A stretch of 64,000 bases of DNA, filler included, from Sphacelaria rigidula (taxonomy: Eukaryota), in assembly GCA_964200075.2 (NCBI GenBank). It is 3 parts of 3 records of this genome, joined end to end, with 100 filler letters (N's around TTAATTAATTAA, not from the genome) between each part and the next. Parts side by side here need not be neighbours in the genome. Positions count along the whole stretch, not along the records: positions 43,613 to 64,000 come from CAXNAA020000534.1; 2 more parts are not named here. The stretch is one strand, 5' to 3'. Below, piece by piece: positions 51,601 to 64,000 of the stretch. Below the pieces are notes generated by a model. It had not been told where the DNA came from and made no database searches. It was given only the letters and a program-made list of their open reading frames with translations. Position numbers and translations under genes: made by a program. Position 1 is the stretch's first letter; every line of letters begins with the position of its first letter.

Positions 51601-54600
51601 CCGGCAATCGGGTACGCCGGTAAGGGTGTACCCACGCTCCGGGTACGGGCACACACTGTGTGCATAACTCACAGAACTGTCGGGCGAGGGTATGGGAGAC
51701 GTACAAAACTCACAGAAACTATCGGGCAGGATATGAAGGCTGCAAAGAAAACCGTACCCGCAACCGGGTATCTTATCAAGAGCATACCCGTGCCCAGGAT
51801 AATGGTGCCGGAGACTCACAGAACTCACACAACTATCGGGTAAGGGTATCAAAGTCTTGAAACTCTACAGAACTGCCGAATACCGGTATGAAAGTGTCGG
51901 GTGCGGTAAATACCCGGGAAAATATCCCGCGTGTACAGAAAACCGTGCACTACGAAACACAACCTTGGAAACCTCCGTCCGTCCGACAAGGCCGGGTCTC
52001 GCTCCTGAGACTCGGACTCCCTAGCACTACCTTTGGACCCATTTCTCCATCACTCATATGCCTCACTTCATAGTAATCATTTTTGCGAACGACTCGTCTT
52101 CGACCGCGACTATTACGCCCATGCGTACCGAGAGGTGTAGACTGATGCCCAGAATATATGGGATGACAACACGCACGAAACATACTGGTGTGGCTCAAGT
52201 CGCACGGCTCATTTTCCCGAATGATTCTGTGACTTGAGTCAGACTTACCCCAGTTTTCGGGGTGAATCGCGCGACTCAGGAGATTCGTCCTCATCTTTCG
52301 GAAGTGACCTGAGTCGGACTCGACCTCACTGTGTCGAAAATAACTCCACGATCAGAGTCAGACTCGGCCTGTCCGTGAGAGAGTGACTGGTGCTGGTACT
52401 GGTTTCTCCAAGTACTCGCGGCGTGACCCGAGTTAAAGGAGTTATAGTTCATTCCACGACTTGAAACATCACGACTGTTTGTCAGATTTCGGGTGCTACT
52501 GATCATCAATGTATAATTTCGAACTGCTGCATGCATGTTGTATCGTAGCGACAACATTGCCCCGCACCGTCCTCCGTGGTACTGCACGGGATGCACTGTG
52601 CGGTCTGTATGGGACCTCTCCTTGCACGCCGCCCTACTGCACTGTTCGTTCGCATTCTGTGCTGCGCTGTTCCGTTGTTCTTGTTGTGACGCTCACTGTG
52701 TTTACTGTCAGTGCTGCGGTACACTACATACATACCACTGCAGCAGCGCGACCTGGAACCATGAGATAGCGGTAATTGTCGTAAATGTATTTCGTGCGCC
52801 GCAACCAGTACGTCTGCTTTGTAGCAAAACGCCCTGTATAGCTAGCTGACTCACGTGTCAAACTCGTCTCTGATGACTCGCGAATCAGACTCGTCCCCAT
52901 TTGGACAATAACTCGCACTGGTCGTGCCGGACTCGCCCTCATGTTCCTCGTCGACCATGTAACTCACGTCATCTTCTCTCTCCAAATCACTCGGCGGGTG
53001 AAGACAGGCCTCCAACAAAATCAATCGGTGAGGTTGGAGTTTCGAATATTCCAGACAACAGTGAGGTCCATAGCGCCGTGCCGGTCCGCCATGAAGATCT
53101 GTGCGTTGCAAATACGCTCGGATGCTTATGGAGCGGGGTGAAAACGGCTGCGCTGATGCGCACGTCCCCAGGCACGTCCCCAGGCCCGTAGGATGAAACT
53201 ACCCCAAGATTCAGCTACCCGGGTTAGAGACAAAGGTTCTACGATTGGCCGAGAAAAACAACTAAGGAAACTTGATTGGTCAATGTTCCACGGTCGATGG
53301 CTGAAATCATTCACGTACGTTTGGAGTGGAGGAACTTCTGGGGAGAAAAGCCGTCATGGGGTGAGTTTCACCATCATCGTCAGATTCGGGGGGGGCTGGG
53401 GGGGCATCTGGGGGGGGGCGAAGGGGGAAATGTTATCGGAAATTGATCAGTCAAACAGAAACGTGTATCACCCGAACCTCACCCGGCGTGGTACTTGCTG
53501 CCAATCGCCTTCGATTCTCTCCGCTCCATCATCATCATTGTACGAACCAGCGGAGACTCCAGTGATGCCTGTCAAGTTGGTTCATGTTTCAATATCAAAT
53601 ACAATCATCAAGCATGAAGCTTCAAGTGTAGCCACAAAACGTTTGCGCCCGGCTCTCATCAACCGGCCTTTCACATATTCAAGATTTTCGAAGGTGACCT
53701 GTGTGGCCATGCCTAGCAACTTGTGGTGTACTTCCTGGTGCGCTAGGTTTCGTGGGAACAAACAGATCCACCTCGAGACATCCCACCTCAAATCAGTGAG
53801 GGCATAAGGTTGCAGGTTCCAAGCGCCGCATATTCGTTGTCTTCGATGAGGAGAGACTCTGATTTCTGTAATCGCACACCATTATGGGGTGAAAAGCAAA
53901 GAAAAGCCGACGCGAGTCAAGGTTGCTGAAGAGTACTGATCGATTTCACGATACCAAAACATGAGGTATGTGCCTGAGAAAGATGAGATGGTCCCTCGAG
54001 ACTCAGACTAATTCCGACGAGGCCGGGGATATGGGCGTACGCCAAAAACCACACACACATGTATTTAGAAAAATGGATCCTTGGGTTGTGCGTATGCAAG
54101 CAGTATCGTACGGTAGTGCATGTTGTACTGGGTGCCATCTGTCTTGTCCGCATCGTCGTCGACCCGTTGATCTTTCGCGGCCTTCAGGAAGATCACGCGG
54201 ATAACCGCTCCTCAGCACCTCCGTTCCGGGCGACCCCGAATGTTCCCCCTCCAAGCGGAGCGCATCACTGCTGGGTCACTGAATACGGCGACCCACTTCA
54301 CGACGTGGCTTCCGCCTTCCTGGTTCCCCTAGCCATTGACAGCCGTCACGGCAAGAACGGGCTTGGGGCGTTTTGTCCGGCTCCCGAAGCAGGGTGCCGT
54401 AGCGGTCGCTGCTCGTCAAGGGGAAGCGCTTTCCTGATTTACCCCTGCCGGTCTCCGGATTCCAACTACTGGAAGAGCACCTCGGCGAAACCTTTGTCCA
54501 TTGGACATGTGTATGAACTCCGATCCTCGTGGATTATTGCGACGGCGTCGTCTCGACCGAACTACGGGTATGTTGTGTCGGGTTTTCCTGAGCGGGTCGG

Positions 54601-57600
54601 GAGGCCGCTTCGACGAAGTCGCCGCCTCGCAGTGGCGTCTCGGCTGATGGAGCAGACCTACCCCCTCCACGTAGTAGATGGCGCAAACTCTGGTGAAGCA
54701 CTGGCCCTGGATGAGTGTGTTGTCGTCCCATCTATTCTGGACGCCGGCCTATACCTCTCGGTATATGTGGGCGCACCACCCGCGTCACACAGGAGTTCTT
54801 CATTTCTTGTTTTTTAGCACTCGACCTTCCCCCTACGGTGCTTGCCTTCATTTCTTTATCGCGAGAGGGGTTCAGCAGTCCCCTTCCCTCGTCGGCCGTG
54901 AAGTGGAATCATGTGTACCCACGACATACTCCCTCTCCACTGCTGGATATGGCGTGAGAAAAAATCCAAGATCGCTCCGAGATTTGAACCCACTACCCAA
55001 CCGTCAGAGGGTTTCGTGGTTACCAACTGAGCCACCGGGACGATCGGCTTGGATATGCTAGTATCGTTGGAAGGGTCCAAAATAACAAAGCAAAATCCTT
55101 CAGGATGTCATAACGTCAGTATATCAGTGTGCCTGTATCTATTACATAAACGGAGGGAAATTACCGTAAGGGAGTCGATGAAGGAGGTGTCTGCAGGCGG
55201 CGGCCCAAGGCAGATCACCCCCGTGGTGGGGGCCAGCTGGTGCGATTGCGCCGAAGATTCCCTCTATCCTCCAATCATGGGATGGTGGCGAAAACACACA
55301 CACAAAAAAAAAGCAAAGCGAGAGAAAAAAAAGTAACGTGTCAACTTCCACAATCGTCATCAGCTCGGGCAGGGTGAGAAGAGACGGAGAGCATGGAATT
55401 TCGCGACTTTTCTCTGCTTGAGTAGTGATTGTGTGATCCGGGGCGAACAACTCCTCGTGTTTTGGCGATTTGACTGTTACAAAATCTAATTCGTGACGGG
55501 GAGAGGGGGGGGGGGGGGGTTGACAAAAAACTACAACGGTGACGAACACAACAAAAACATTCGGGAAAAAAAGCCGAGAACGAGCAAAGCGTGGTCATTC
55601 ATGTTTCCCGAAGAACAAGGAACCCGTGGAGAGAGAAATTACGCCCTACCATGAAACCTGTGAAACTCGTGCATTATTCCATCGGTGTCGAAAATGGTGG
55701 TCGTCGTTTCACGGGAGAATCGAGGAATCTGCGCCTTTTTCGTATCTTACGTATCCCAGATTCATCCGCCAAATACGTATCGCGACCCTAGTAGCTTCCT
55801 TACTTTGAAATATCATCTCCAGGGGGGTCTATGGATTCGATCACTCGAATGAACTAACTCGACGTTCAGGTCCACCTAGAAACACTCGTCAGCGTTTTGT
55901 CCAAGTGTGGAGAAGCATGGCTTTCAACTGCTGAACGCTAGTCCTCGGAACTGGAAAATAACACCTCCGGTAGATCGTCGTACACGTCAGGCTATGCACT
56001 GTTCAGCTGCAGAAGAGGCGGCTAGAGATTTATTCTCCAACACCAGAGAGTACAGCTTCGCTTCGCTTCACGCAACGAAACCCGAGAAGAAAAAAAGGGG
56101 GGGGGGGGGAAGGGCACGGAGAAACAAAAAAGCGAAATATCGTCTCCTCCATTTCTGTGGCGGCGTCGAAGGCGTCATCCCTTCATTTGCTCTCTTTCAT
56201 GACGTTTTTCCATGTCCCGCTATGTTCTGTGATGTTATTTCATGTTATGCTGTTGAGTTACGTGCATGCTCTACACGTGATATGCTTACAGCGCGCCCAG
56301 GCTATGTTCATACGATGCTAATTCGCGTTATGCTATGCTGTGCCACGTTCCACCTTTGCTTTGTCTCAACTTGTCCGTCTTGTTTTTCGCCCGCTCTGTT
56401 TGTCTGCTCTACATTTGTGTTCTCCAAATTCCCCACACGAGTGTTTACATTTTGTTTCATCTCGGTTCTGCTTCCTGTTCTGACGCACGTGTGCAAAATG
56501 CATCATACCTTCTCCGCGACTCCAGCAGCGGCCTTGGTTGTGACATCATGTTCCACGACTCGCTGGCTAGCGTCCAGCTCACCCGCGGTCTGAATGGCCG
56601 CTCCGGTAATGGTGGGGAACTTCAACCAGGTGGCAGCAACGGCCGCGTTCGCACCCACCAAAAAGTCCCGCAAAGATTCCCTCCTCTCAACCTCCAGTGC
56701 TTTTATCTAGAGAACAGCCAAGGAGAAAGGAATTTCAACAATCAAGCCGGTGGTCACGTCGATTCATGTACTCGAAGGAAATTCAGTTATTTCGATCGAC
56801 GGGGCATGGATGTGGATGGCATTTTTCCCAAGAACTTGGAAAAATATCATTCGGTTACCGTTCGTTCGATACCACAGAAAGAGAATTGTGAGGTAACCTG
56901 AAAAACGTTTCATCCTGTAGGACAGGGAACATCATCACCCCTGGCAACGCTAATGCCACGGAATATCTGGTATACACAGTAAAGCTGTTCCCGCACAACC
57001 GACACCACCACCGCGACTGACACTGTACCCACCTACAACAAAACGACAAAAACGAATATCTGTCGATCGTGTAATGAGGCGTTGCTCATACCCAAGAACC
57101 CTTACACACGGTGTGATAAATGCGTGAACTCCCAGCCTCCCTGCAACATCGCCTCAAATAAAATGGCATCCGCGAAAACACGATTGCTCTGGAAAAAGAA
57201 GGGTGGCTGCTAAACCTCAAGAACACTCCACACCGTGCAATAGCGTGGGAACTGCTCCTACCGTACGAACACTACCGTATCACCAGTACAATAATTCTGA
57301 ATTCAACTGCCAAGTGTACTGGAAACAAGGAACAGTGCTTGACTCAATTTCGCGACAAGTACTACTTGGTTAATCCAGAATTCGAAACGCGGCTACGTAT
57401 AGTTCCAGCGCTCGACGGTGCGCTCTCCAAGAATACGCAACACCGGGCATCATTCGGAACTTGTCTCATTCTGCCATCGATAAAATAGCGGCAGTACAGC
57501 AGCTCGGGCAATCTCCCGCGCAGATCAAACCGTGTTCGCAGGGTTTAAGCGCACCGTTGCACGTCGATAACTCTTTTTAGGAGCTCTACGCACGGTCGAT

Positions 57601-60600
57601 TTTGTTCAGAAAAAAGGCTGTTCCCCAGTTTCCGTAGTTCCATGGAAGATACATGTGACACGATCGTTCCATGTGTGTCCGAGAACAGAATATCTTGCCC
57701 CATTTCAAATCTCATGAATACGATTTCTGCCTTCCACGCAGAGCTCACGCTTTGAGCCATCCCTCACTGGATGGGTCTCAGGGAGCAGACGAGAAAACGC
57801 AGCAGATCTTGCATTTGTTTTGTGGGAAGATCGACTGTTATGGATACCTATTTCCCGCTCCATTTTTTCTTTCCCATTCATTGTACCTCCTCACTGCCAT
57901 CATTTTCCGCACTCTTGCGTTGTCCCGTGGGTCTCAATAGTTGGGGAGAAAGCAAACAGCGTGTATCTATCACCGGTCAAAATGTTTCAACACTCGAAAG
58001 GAACGATCGTCAGATTATTTTCTGCAGTCGACGCCGATTTCACCGATACATTTCGCACCGAAATTTTCCATGGAACTTTCCATTCTGAGGTCATTGTCGA
58101 CTGTTGTTTCTCATCAGTGACCATAGCAGAACGAACAGAATACTCTGGGGAAAAAGAACCGGAGTGGGAAAACTTTGCCTACACCGACGGTAGCTCCACG
58201 ACCACCACAACAAAAAAGCAGATATGCTGCAACAACGTCAAAATGCTGCACACCCAGGATGACAGTATATGGCCAATAGTTGCAAGAGACAAAAAACGTG
58301 CTGCGCAAAGTATAAGCTATTGCGACTATTGACCCATATTGTCCACGGTGTGAAACACTCACAGTAGAGAACCAGCAGAAATGCGTTCTCCCCGAGGATC
58401 AACACCACCGTCACCACCACCACCCTTTGATGACAAATGTATGGATGAACACTCGGTCACGAAAAAGACAACGACAAAAAGTGAAGACGACCTTCCGATC
58501 AGCGACCACCACTTTTAGCATTGCCATCTAGACAAAAAAACATCTTTGTACTGCATGTACTTGACCCTTCGGGAGCCTAGTGCCGATTGTTGTGTTTAAA
58601 ATCGGCATCATCTTCAGTCATGTCCAAGTCAAAACGATGTCGATTTACAAAATTAAAAATCAGCACTGGGTTCTCAGAGGACCAAGTCAAACACACCTTG
58701 GAGAAAATCTCGCGAAGCTTTGCCGTCACCGCTTCCCACGCTTCCTTCTGATGCACCACGGCTGTCCTGTAACTGCAGTCCAGAATCCATACGTCCTCGT
58801 GCGAGTCCTTTCCTCCGATCTGGCTGCCCAAGTTCTGGAAAGTGGTTCCAGCAAAAAAAAATCCAAAAGCAAGGTCGAAAATGAGCAAATAGACAAGCAC
58901 AGGCAGCGTACCACTGCGACGGAAATGGGACGGACGCGATCGACAACTTGAGCTCGTGGACAACGGGTCTGAACTCGCACCGGTCGAGTATAATGATCCA
59001 CACATGGGCATCATGATGGACCATTGAGCCATGGCGAGACCATGGAGCTGCACATGTGCAACTTTGTTGAAAAAGGGGCGAAGTTGGATACAAAGCACGT
59101 CCTGGACAAGAACCTCCATGGTCAAAAAGTGTACTGCGTACAGTATGGAATGAAATTGTCAAACAAAATAGACGCAATCGTCGAAACTGTGCGCAGCACA
59201 CTTTTTGACAAATGTAAGCCATCGCTCAGGGCGTGATGCGCAAGTGCGCTCGGGTGCCCCCATTTTTGCCGCCATACGTCCGCACGTCGACAAGACAAAG
59301 TTGGACACGTCGGTTTGTGGAGAAAAGTACCTCGTGCATGTGCGCACACAGTTCTGGGAGCAATGCAGGACACCATGATGAGACGGCGTAAGGTAACAGC
59401 GACTGGTGACGATTCATGCGCCGGCAACACGCCCCCGTACCAGTCAACGGGTAGCGCAGGCACGGAAGCAGTGAAACGCATCAGAGTTTGAATCGGTCTT
59501 GTCGGAGACAGGGTTCATCAAGTCATACCCGCGCCACGCATACCCCCACCGCGCGCCCCCCCTTTCCCTACACTGGTCAAACGACCAAGGCAGGCAACGA
59601 ATGGGCACGCCCTCCTTCCCTGGTGAGGGCAAATCTTTAGCCACAAGGGTCAGCCATCGCACTGGGCTGTCCTTGTCCATACGCACACGCCAACAAAACG
59701 CCACATATTTTCCTTGCATCGGTCTGATTACCATGAATGCTCTGGAACACCCACGAAAACAGGAGCGACAAAATTTCCGCGTGCATTTAGGTCCACAGGT
59801 CTCCCAGGAACACTCGAACGCGAGCAAGCATCATACCTCACGTGTTCAGTGTTTTTCGTAGATCACCATGTGCCATAGAAACAATTCCGATCTGAACTGT
59901 CCGACAACAGTCATGACAATAACCAGAAAAGGGGGGCGGGCAGGGAGCAATAACAAGATGGATAAAAAACAACCCTTTTTCTCTTCACCTCCTTGAGTTT
60001 GTTGTACGCTTCGCCGACGCACTTGTCGATACTCCTGAGTCTCTCTACGCACAGATCTCCTTCCTCGGCCAGCTCCTTGAAACGCTTGTGGATCGTATTA
60101 CCCATCGTCTGACAAGCCGACGAATGGGTTCAAAAACCGAAAGGTTTGGGGAAAAGGGATAGGATCATACTCATGGTTTGCACTCAACCGTCGCCGCCAC
60201 CTATACCGCTACCAGCCTCAGCAGCGACATACACATGCACATACAAGCCACACCCCGGTGGCCCACCTGGTACTAGCTTTTCCTCATCTACACACAGCCA
60301 TGTCGTTTGTTTCCGGACAAACGTGTTCGGTATCGGAAGCGGGGCGGCGGTGTGTGTACCACAACAGCTGCTTTCTGTAGGTATGCTGTACGGCGCCCGT
60401 CGGACACAAGTAATCGATCCTCGTTCAATTTCGAACAGATTTTCCCGGAGCAAAAGATGTCGTGCTCAGTTGATCAAAAACCGCCACTCGAGATTTATCA
60501 TCTACTCTCGGATAGTAGAATATCAGAAGTTGGTGGGGCTGGCCATGAACCACAGCAAGGATCATTGCGCGACCAGTCCATGTTCCCCTCGATGGCAAAC

Positions 60601-63126
60601 AGACTCAAACAACCTTGACGAATAGCCCGGGAAATTTCTTGATAAAATTCAGGGGAAAAAACAGTCAAACTCCGTCGCCTCAAAACGGAAGCGCCGCCGC
60701 TTTCTCGTCGTGTGTTTGTGTGCGCGGGGGGGGGGGGGGGGAGTTGCGCGGTATGTCGTCGTCCAACCAACACCCTCCTTCAGCTGGCTCTTCTTGCTTC
60801 GCCCCCCCTTTCTTTCATTTTGTCTAAAGAAGACAGGAACTAGTGATCCCTCGAGACCACCGCCCTCTTCCCGAAGAAAGAAAGCGGTTGGACATGTGAC
60901 TTCAACGCACAAACACACGAGCACACACCTTGACCTTCCCCAGCAAGTGCTCCTCCTCGAGTTCATCGCACAGAGTGTCGCTGAAGCGGGCCGCGCGGCA
61001 ATCCATCTCCACGATCTCCCACAGGGCGTTGAGGGAACTGTTCGACGGCGGCTCTCTGCCCGGTCCACCAGCCTTCAGATTTTCGGCGTCCAGCACGTAA
61101 GCTTGCCCATCTTGCTTGGCCTTCTGCTCCTCGTGGCGGATCTTGTCATGCCTGAGCGGAGAGAGAGGAGACAGAAAAAAGAGACGGAGGCACAGAGAAG
61201 GGTACACTGCCATCATTTTCATTCCGAAGCGATCCCCGGAGTCACCGATTGAAACTACACATGAACAGTGAAGTAGACAAGAAAACTCTAAATGAGCATG
61301 ATCATGAAATATGGGGTACGGAAAGACATGGATAGTAATCTTCGTCTGAATCAGAGATTTTTGGGGGGATTTCCTCGTAGTCGGCGACTTTCAACACTTT
61401 GTTCGCGTGCCACCGCTCATCCCGGTGAATGTTCGATCCTGAGGTATGGGGACCGGGAGATACTAGGCATCCGCTACACACTTCGAAATAAATATCATGT
61501 CTCGACTCAATATTAAACGGTTTACTGGCTGACCGGTCATCGGGAGTCCCGCGACTACCCGACCCCAGGTTTTGACCCTTGGGTTTTTTACTGGTTTGAA
61601 GCAATCTCGATCGTTCTCGAGAACATTTGATATTTAATTTCTACGCAGTCAGTGCGCCGGAGCCTGAAAATCTCGAAGGTTAGGTCGAGTACAGCATACT
61701 CATTTGCGGGGTATTTTAAAAGTCGCACTCGAAGTGAACAAATTGGGGGTAGGGTTTTAGGGATCGCTTCGCAGTTATTTTTTGGGTACGACTCCTCAAA
61801 CTCTACCCTAATTTGAGTACCTCAAATGCGTCTTTCAAAATACCCCGCAATTGAGGATACTTTACTCGACCTGCCCTTGAAAACCTCTTTTTCCCAACCG
61901 GTGACAGTCGATAACAACCCCTGATAAACGAGGTCCGTACTCCGTATCACTCCGACAACACTAACGTGAGGAGTGTGTCCTGAGCACCAGCTTCTTCTCC
62001 CAATGTCATCGACGCGAGGACTTGCAAGTGCTGGAGAAGAACACTATGCGATAAATTCCTTGAAATATTCAACCACAAAATCCCAACCATTCAACAGCGG
62101 AACTCAACTGTACATCATAGAAATGTCATACAAGTATGTACTAACGAGACCCATCTTCCCACTTACCCAGGGCTATATAGAAAATAATTTGATCAACAGC
62201 CCGTGATACATCGCCACATAAGATGGAAAAGGGCAAAATATGGAACAAAAACAAAACAACGGTAGGGTAGACATACGGGTAAGGTAGCGATGGTTCCCAG
62301 TGAACCGATGAAAAAAACGACTGTACCTGCCTCTGCCTGCGTCATGATCTATGCGCACGCAAATCGATCTCGCCTTCCGAATCTAAAAACTCAACTTATA
62401 CCCGTCTCCCAAAGTAACGTTCGAAAATACTTCAGTAAGTGGGTCTGTAAAATACAGCCGTGCTCGAACGTGCTTTGCATCGGAGGAGTAGTATATACCA
62501 TAATTTTGCGTGTTGTTTCGTGGCGGGGGCGTACCTTGCTCCGTCGTGCTGACGCGTGTGTACCTCAGTGTGTTGTGTCTTTTTGATGAAGTGGTGTCTC
62601 AGTTTGGCGTGACCCCTGTAACAGCGGTCTGCCTCGGTCCAGCGTGAGCGCTCTATCGGGGGTGTACCCTAGTTTAGTAGCCCTTGTAACGGAGTTGTAC
62701 ATACCTTGGTGCGTCCTTTCCAACGGCGGTATGCCTTGGTCCAGCGTGCCCGCTCTATTGAGGGCGTAACTCATTTTGGCGTCTCTTGAAATCGGGATGT
62801 TACTTACTTTGGTGAGTCCCTTCCAACGGACGTAAAACTTGTTCAGGGTGAGGTGTTTTAGTATTGTTCATGTGACCCTCGTCGCGGAGGTGTTCCTCAG
62901 TTTGATGTTGTCCTTGTTCCAACGCAACGTCCTGTTTCGGGGGTTGTGCTTTCAGTTTCACGTACTCCTCTTGTGGGTTGGCGTGACGTTCGCTACGGGG
63001 GTGTTGAAAACTGCACCTTAATTTGGCGTTCCCTTTTTTGTCACCAAAGACCATGTCCGCGTTCGCGTACACTGATGCCGCATGCACGCGGTCCGCCTCC
63101 AGCTTGCCCGCTACGTAGCTCAGGAC
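45622..63126 (-). CDS. F-BAR/BAR-like coiled-coil + PH domain protein (Slm1-like architecture); 12 exons in window, 5' end to the right of the window
   Basis: Exons 63017-63126, 60929-61151, 59989-60108, 58697-58834 (DVWILDCSYRTAVVHQKEAWE), 56509-56706 (IKALEVERRESLRDFL), 55165-55263, 53483-53568 (LESPLVRTMMMMERRE), 50381-50498 (LLILTWDGFIHFFD), 48881-49006, 47653-47814 (KKHITFRTNTEAQMVHAVANI), 46734-46829, 45622-45939 (TGA). All junctions GT-AG and phase-consistent. The helical N-half and PH-like strand/helix pattern were recognised by eye. Confidence 0.78.
48332..48536. mobile_element. Tc1/mariner-type MITE with TA target-site duplication
   Basis: TA|CAAGGGGAGGTCGAGTAGAGTATACTCAATTGCGGGG ... 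CCCCGCAATTGACGATACTCTACTAGACCTGCCCTTG|TA; second copy at 61675-61879. Confidence 0.8.
49339..49758. repeat. Diverged dispersed repeat shared with 158-587
   Basis: See 158-587; begins GGTGATGA and ends TCATCGCC. Confidence 0.45.
51451..51968. mobile_element. MITE, same family as 38669-39218 (inverted)
   Basis: Left CCAAGGTTGTATTTTGTAGGG; right CACTACGAAACACAACCTTGG. The interior is homologous to the reverse complement of 38669-39218. Confidence 0.75.
54716..55039 (-). mobile_element. tRNA-derived SINE, same family as 3716-4060
   Basis: Reverse complement begins CCCGGTGGCTCAGTTGGTAACC...GGTTCAAATCTCGGAGCGATC. It shares ...AGGCAAGCACCG... and ...AGATGGGACGACAACACAC with the 3716 copy. Confidence 0.75.
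61675..61879. mobile_element. MITE, same family as 48332-48536 (inverted)
   Basis: AGGTCGAGTACAGCATACTCATTTGCGGGG ... CCCCGCAATTGAGGATACTTTACTCGACCTGCCCTTG. Confidence 0.7.
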
Positions 63127-63871
63127 CTGTTTGTGTGTGTATGCGTGTGCGCGCGCGTCGAGTTCAAGGCGAACGGGGCGGTAAGCTTCGATGGGGCATA
63201 TGGAGTTTCGATGGTGTATGGATACCTCCACCATGCGAATGAAAGTTCGATAAAATGATCGTACACATCCCGCCCGAGTCGTTCATGTGGGTTTTGCACT
63301 CCCGGGTTCCTGTGAAATGACGCCGCCGAATGAACAGATTGCCCCGCCCAGCGGTCAAACGGTGGAGGCAAGCTAGAGGAGAGGGGGGGTGTACTCATAA
63401 TCATGCATGCCATAGGGGAGGGGGGGAGAGGTAAACTGGCTTTTTGTCGGGATCAAAAGAGTTTGCTTTCACGGGTCAGGATGAAACCCTGACGACGAGG
63501 TCAAGTTGTGAGTGGCTTACATTCCAGTCTCGATGAAACTCCGCTTGTTGGAATAAAATCGGTGTTGACTAGATCGATTGTTTAATGGTTTGATTATCGA
63601 TTGCTGGTTTGTGTTTAAAATTTCGAGATAGTACTCACCCATTCATAAATGCCAACAGCACATGGCCATGGAATCGAATAGTGAACCATGAATGTCAAGA
63701 CGTGCAACCGAGCCCTTCGAGGTGGTCAACTACCCTGCGGCTCGTCTTATGGGTTAACCCTCCTACATGTCCTACAAACTAGACATCCCAAGCCCATGCC
63801 TGCGAAATGCAAACGTTTCGTGGTTCACTGAATACCAACGGGAACGAGGGAGGGAGGGAGGGAGGGAGGGA

Positions 63872-64000
63872 GGGGGGGTGTACTCATGAGACCATTGACC
63901 TCACGTACCTACACAGCCGGGACGGAGCACGCCGGGCTTTCGCCGGACCAGGCTCGCACACAATCACCAAGCGCAAAGCGCCGTGGTGAGTTCAGCGAGT
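63872..64000 (+). mobile_element. 5' part of the same G-tract-bounded repeat family
   Basis: GGGGGGGTGTACTCATGAGACCATTGACCTC...GCCGGGACGGAGCACGCCGGGCTTTCGCCGGACCAGGCTCG matches 9480-9630. Confidence 0.7.

Noticed and set aside
53313..53407. Apparent exon with AG/GT ends and an in-frame TGA (possible selenocysteine or readthrough)
   Set aside because: The nearby exon 53483-53568 has the same phases, no stop, and supplies the expected first PH strands; the TGA-containing candidate is best treated as intron.
55335..55473. Extra exon of the BAR-PH gene
   Set aside because: The phase does not fit between the phase-0 junctions at 56509 and 55263, which join cleanly, and there is no good donor.
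59024..59861. Possible transposase ORFs
   Set aside because: No catalytic motifs recognised; the region lies within an intron of the BAR-PH gene.
28984..63126. Two convergent BAR-containing trafficking genes as a functional cluster
   Set aside because: They are separated by an artificial linker, so adjacency is not established.

Overview
Intron-rich eukaryotic DNA (about 50% GC, introns of 0.2-2.4 kb packed with repeats). Gene structure and repeat content fit a brown alga (Phaeophyceae); this taxonomy is inferred, not proven. The window joins three assembly pieces with artificial 100-nt linkers (N44-TTAATTAATTAA-N44 at 21711-21810 and 43513-43612) and has two 10-N gaps. Splicing exons by hand with phase-matched junctions gives four well-supported genes: (1) ORC1 (BAH + AAA+, minus strand, 10 exons, 3' end outside the window); (2) a complete 5-exon, 569-aa DOT1-family methyltransferase with a ~320-aa insertion in its Rossmann fold; (3) a divergently transcribed 12-exon Rab-GAP with BAR-like / disordered / F-box-like / TBC architecture, cut at the second linker; (4) a 12-exon F-BAR/BAR-PH protein (minus strand, 5' end outside the window). 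A fifth, weaker gene 3' end lies at 19102-21226. Two introns are best explained by GC donors. Introns carry tRNA-derived SINEs, several MITE families, LINE remnants, a G-tract-bounded repeat in inverted orientation around ORC1 exons 2-3, and a decayed OTU-protease ORF. No CRISPR array, rRNA or true tRNA was found. All protein-family calls come from motif recognition; no database searches were run.
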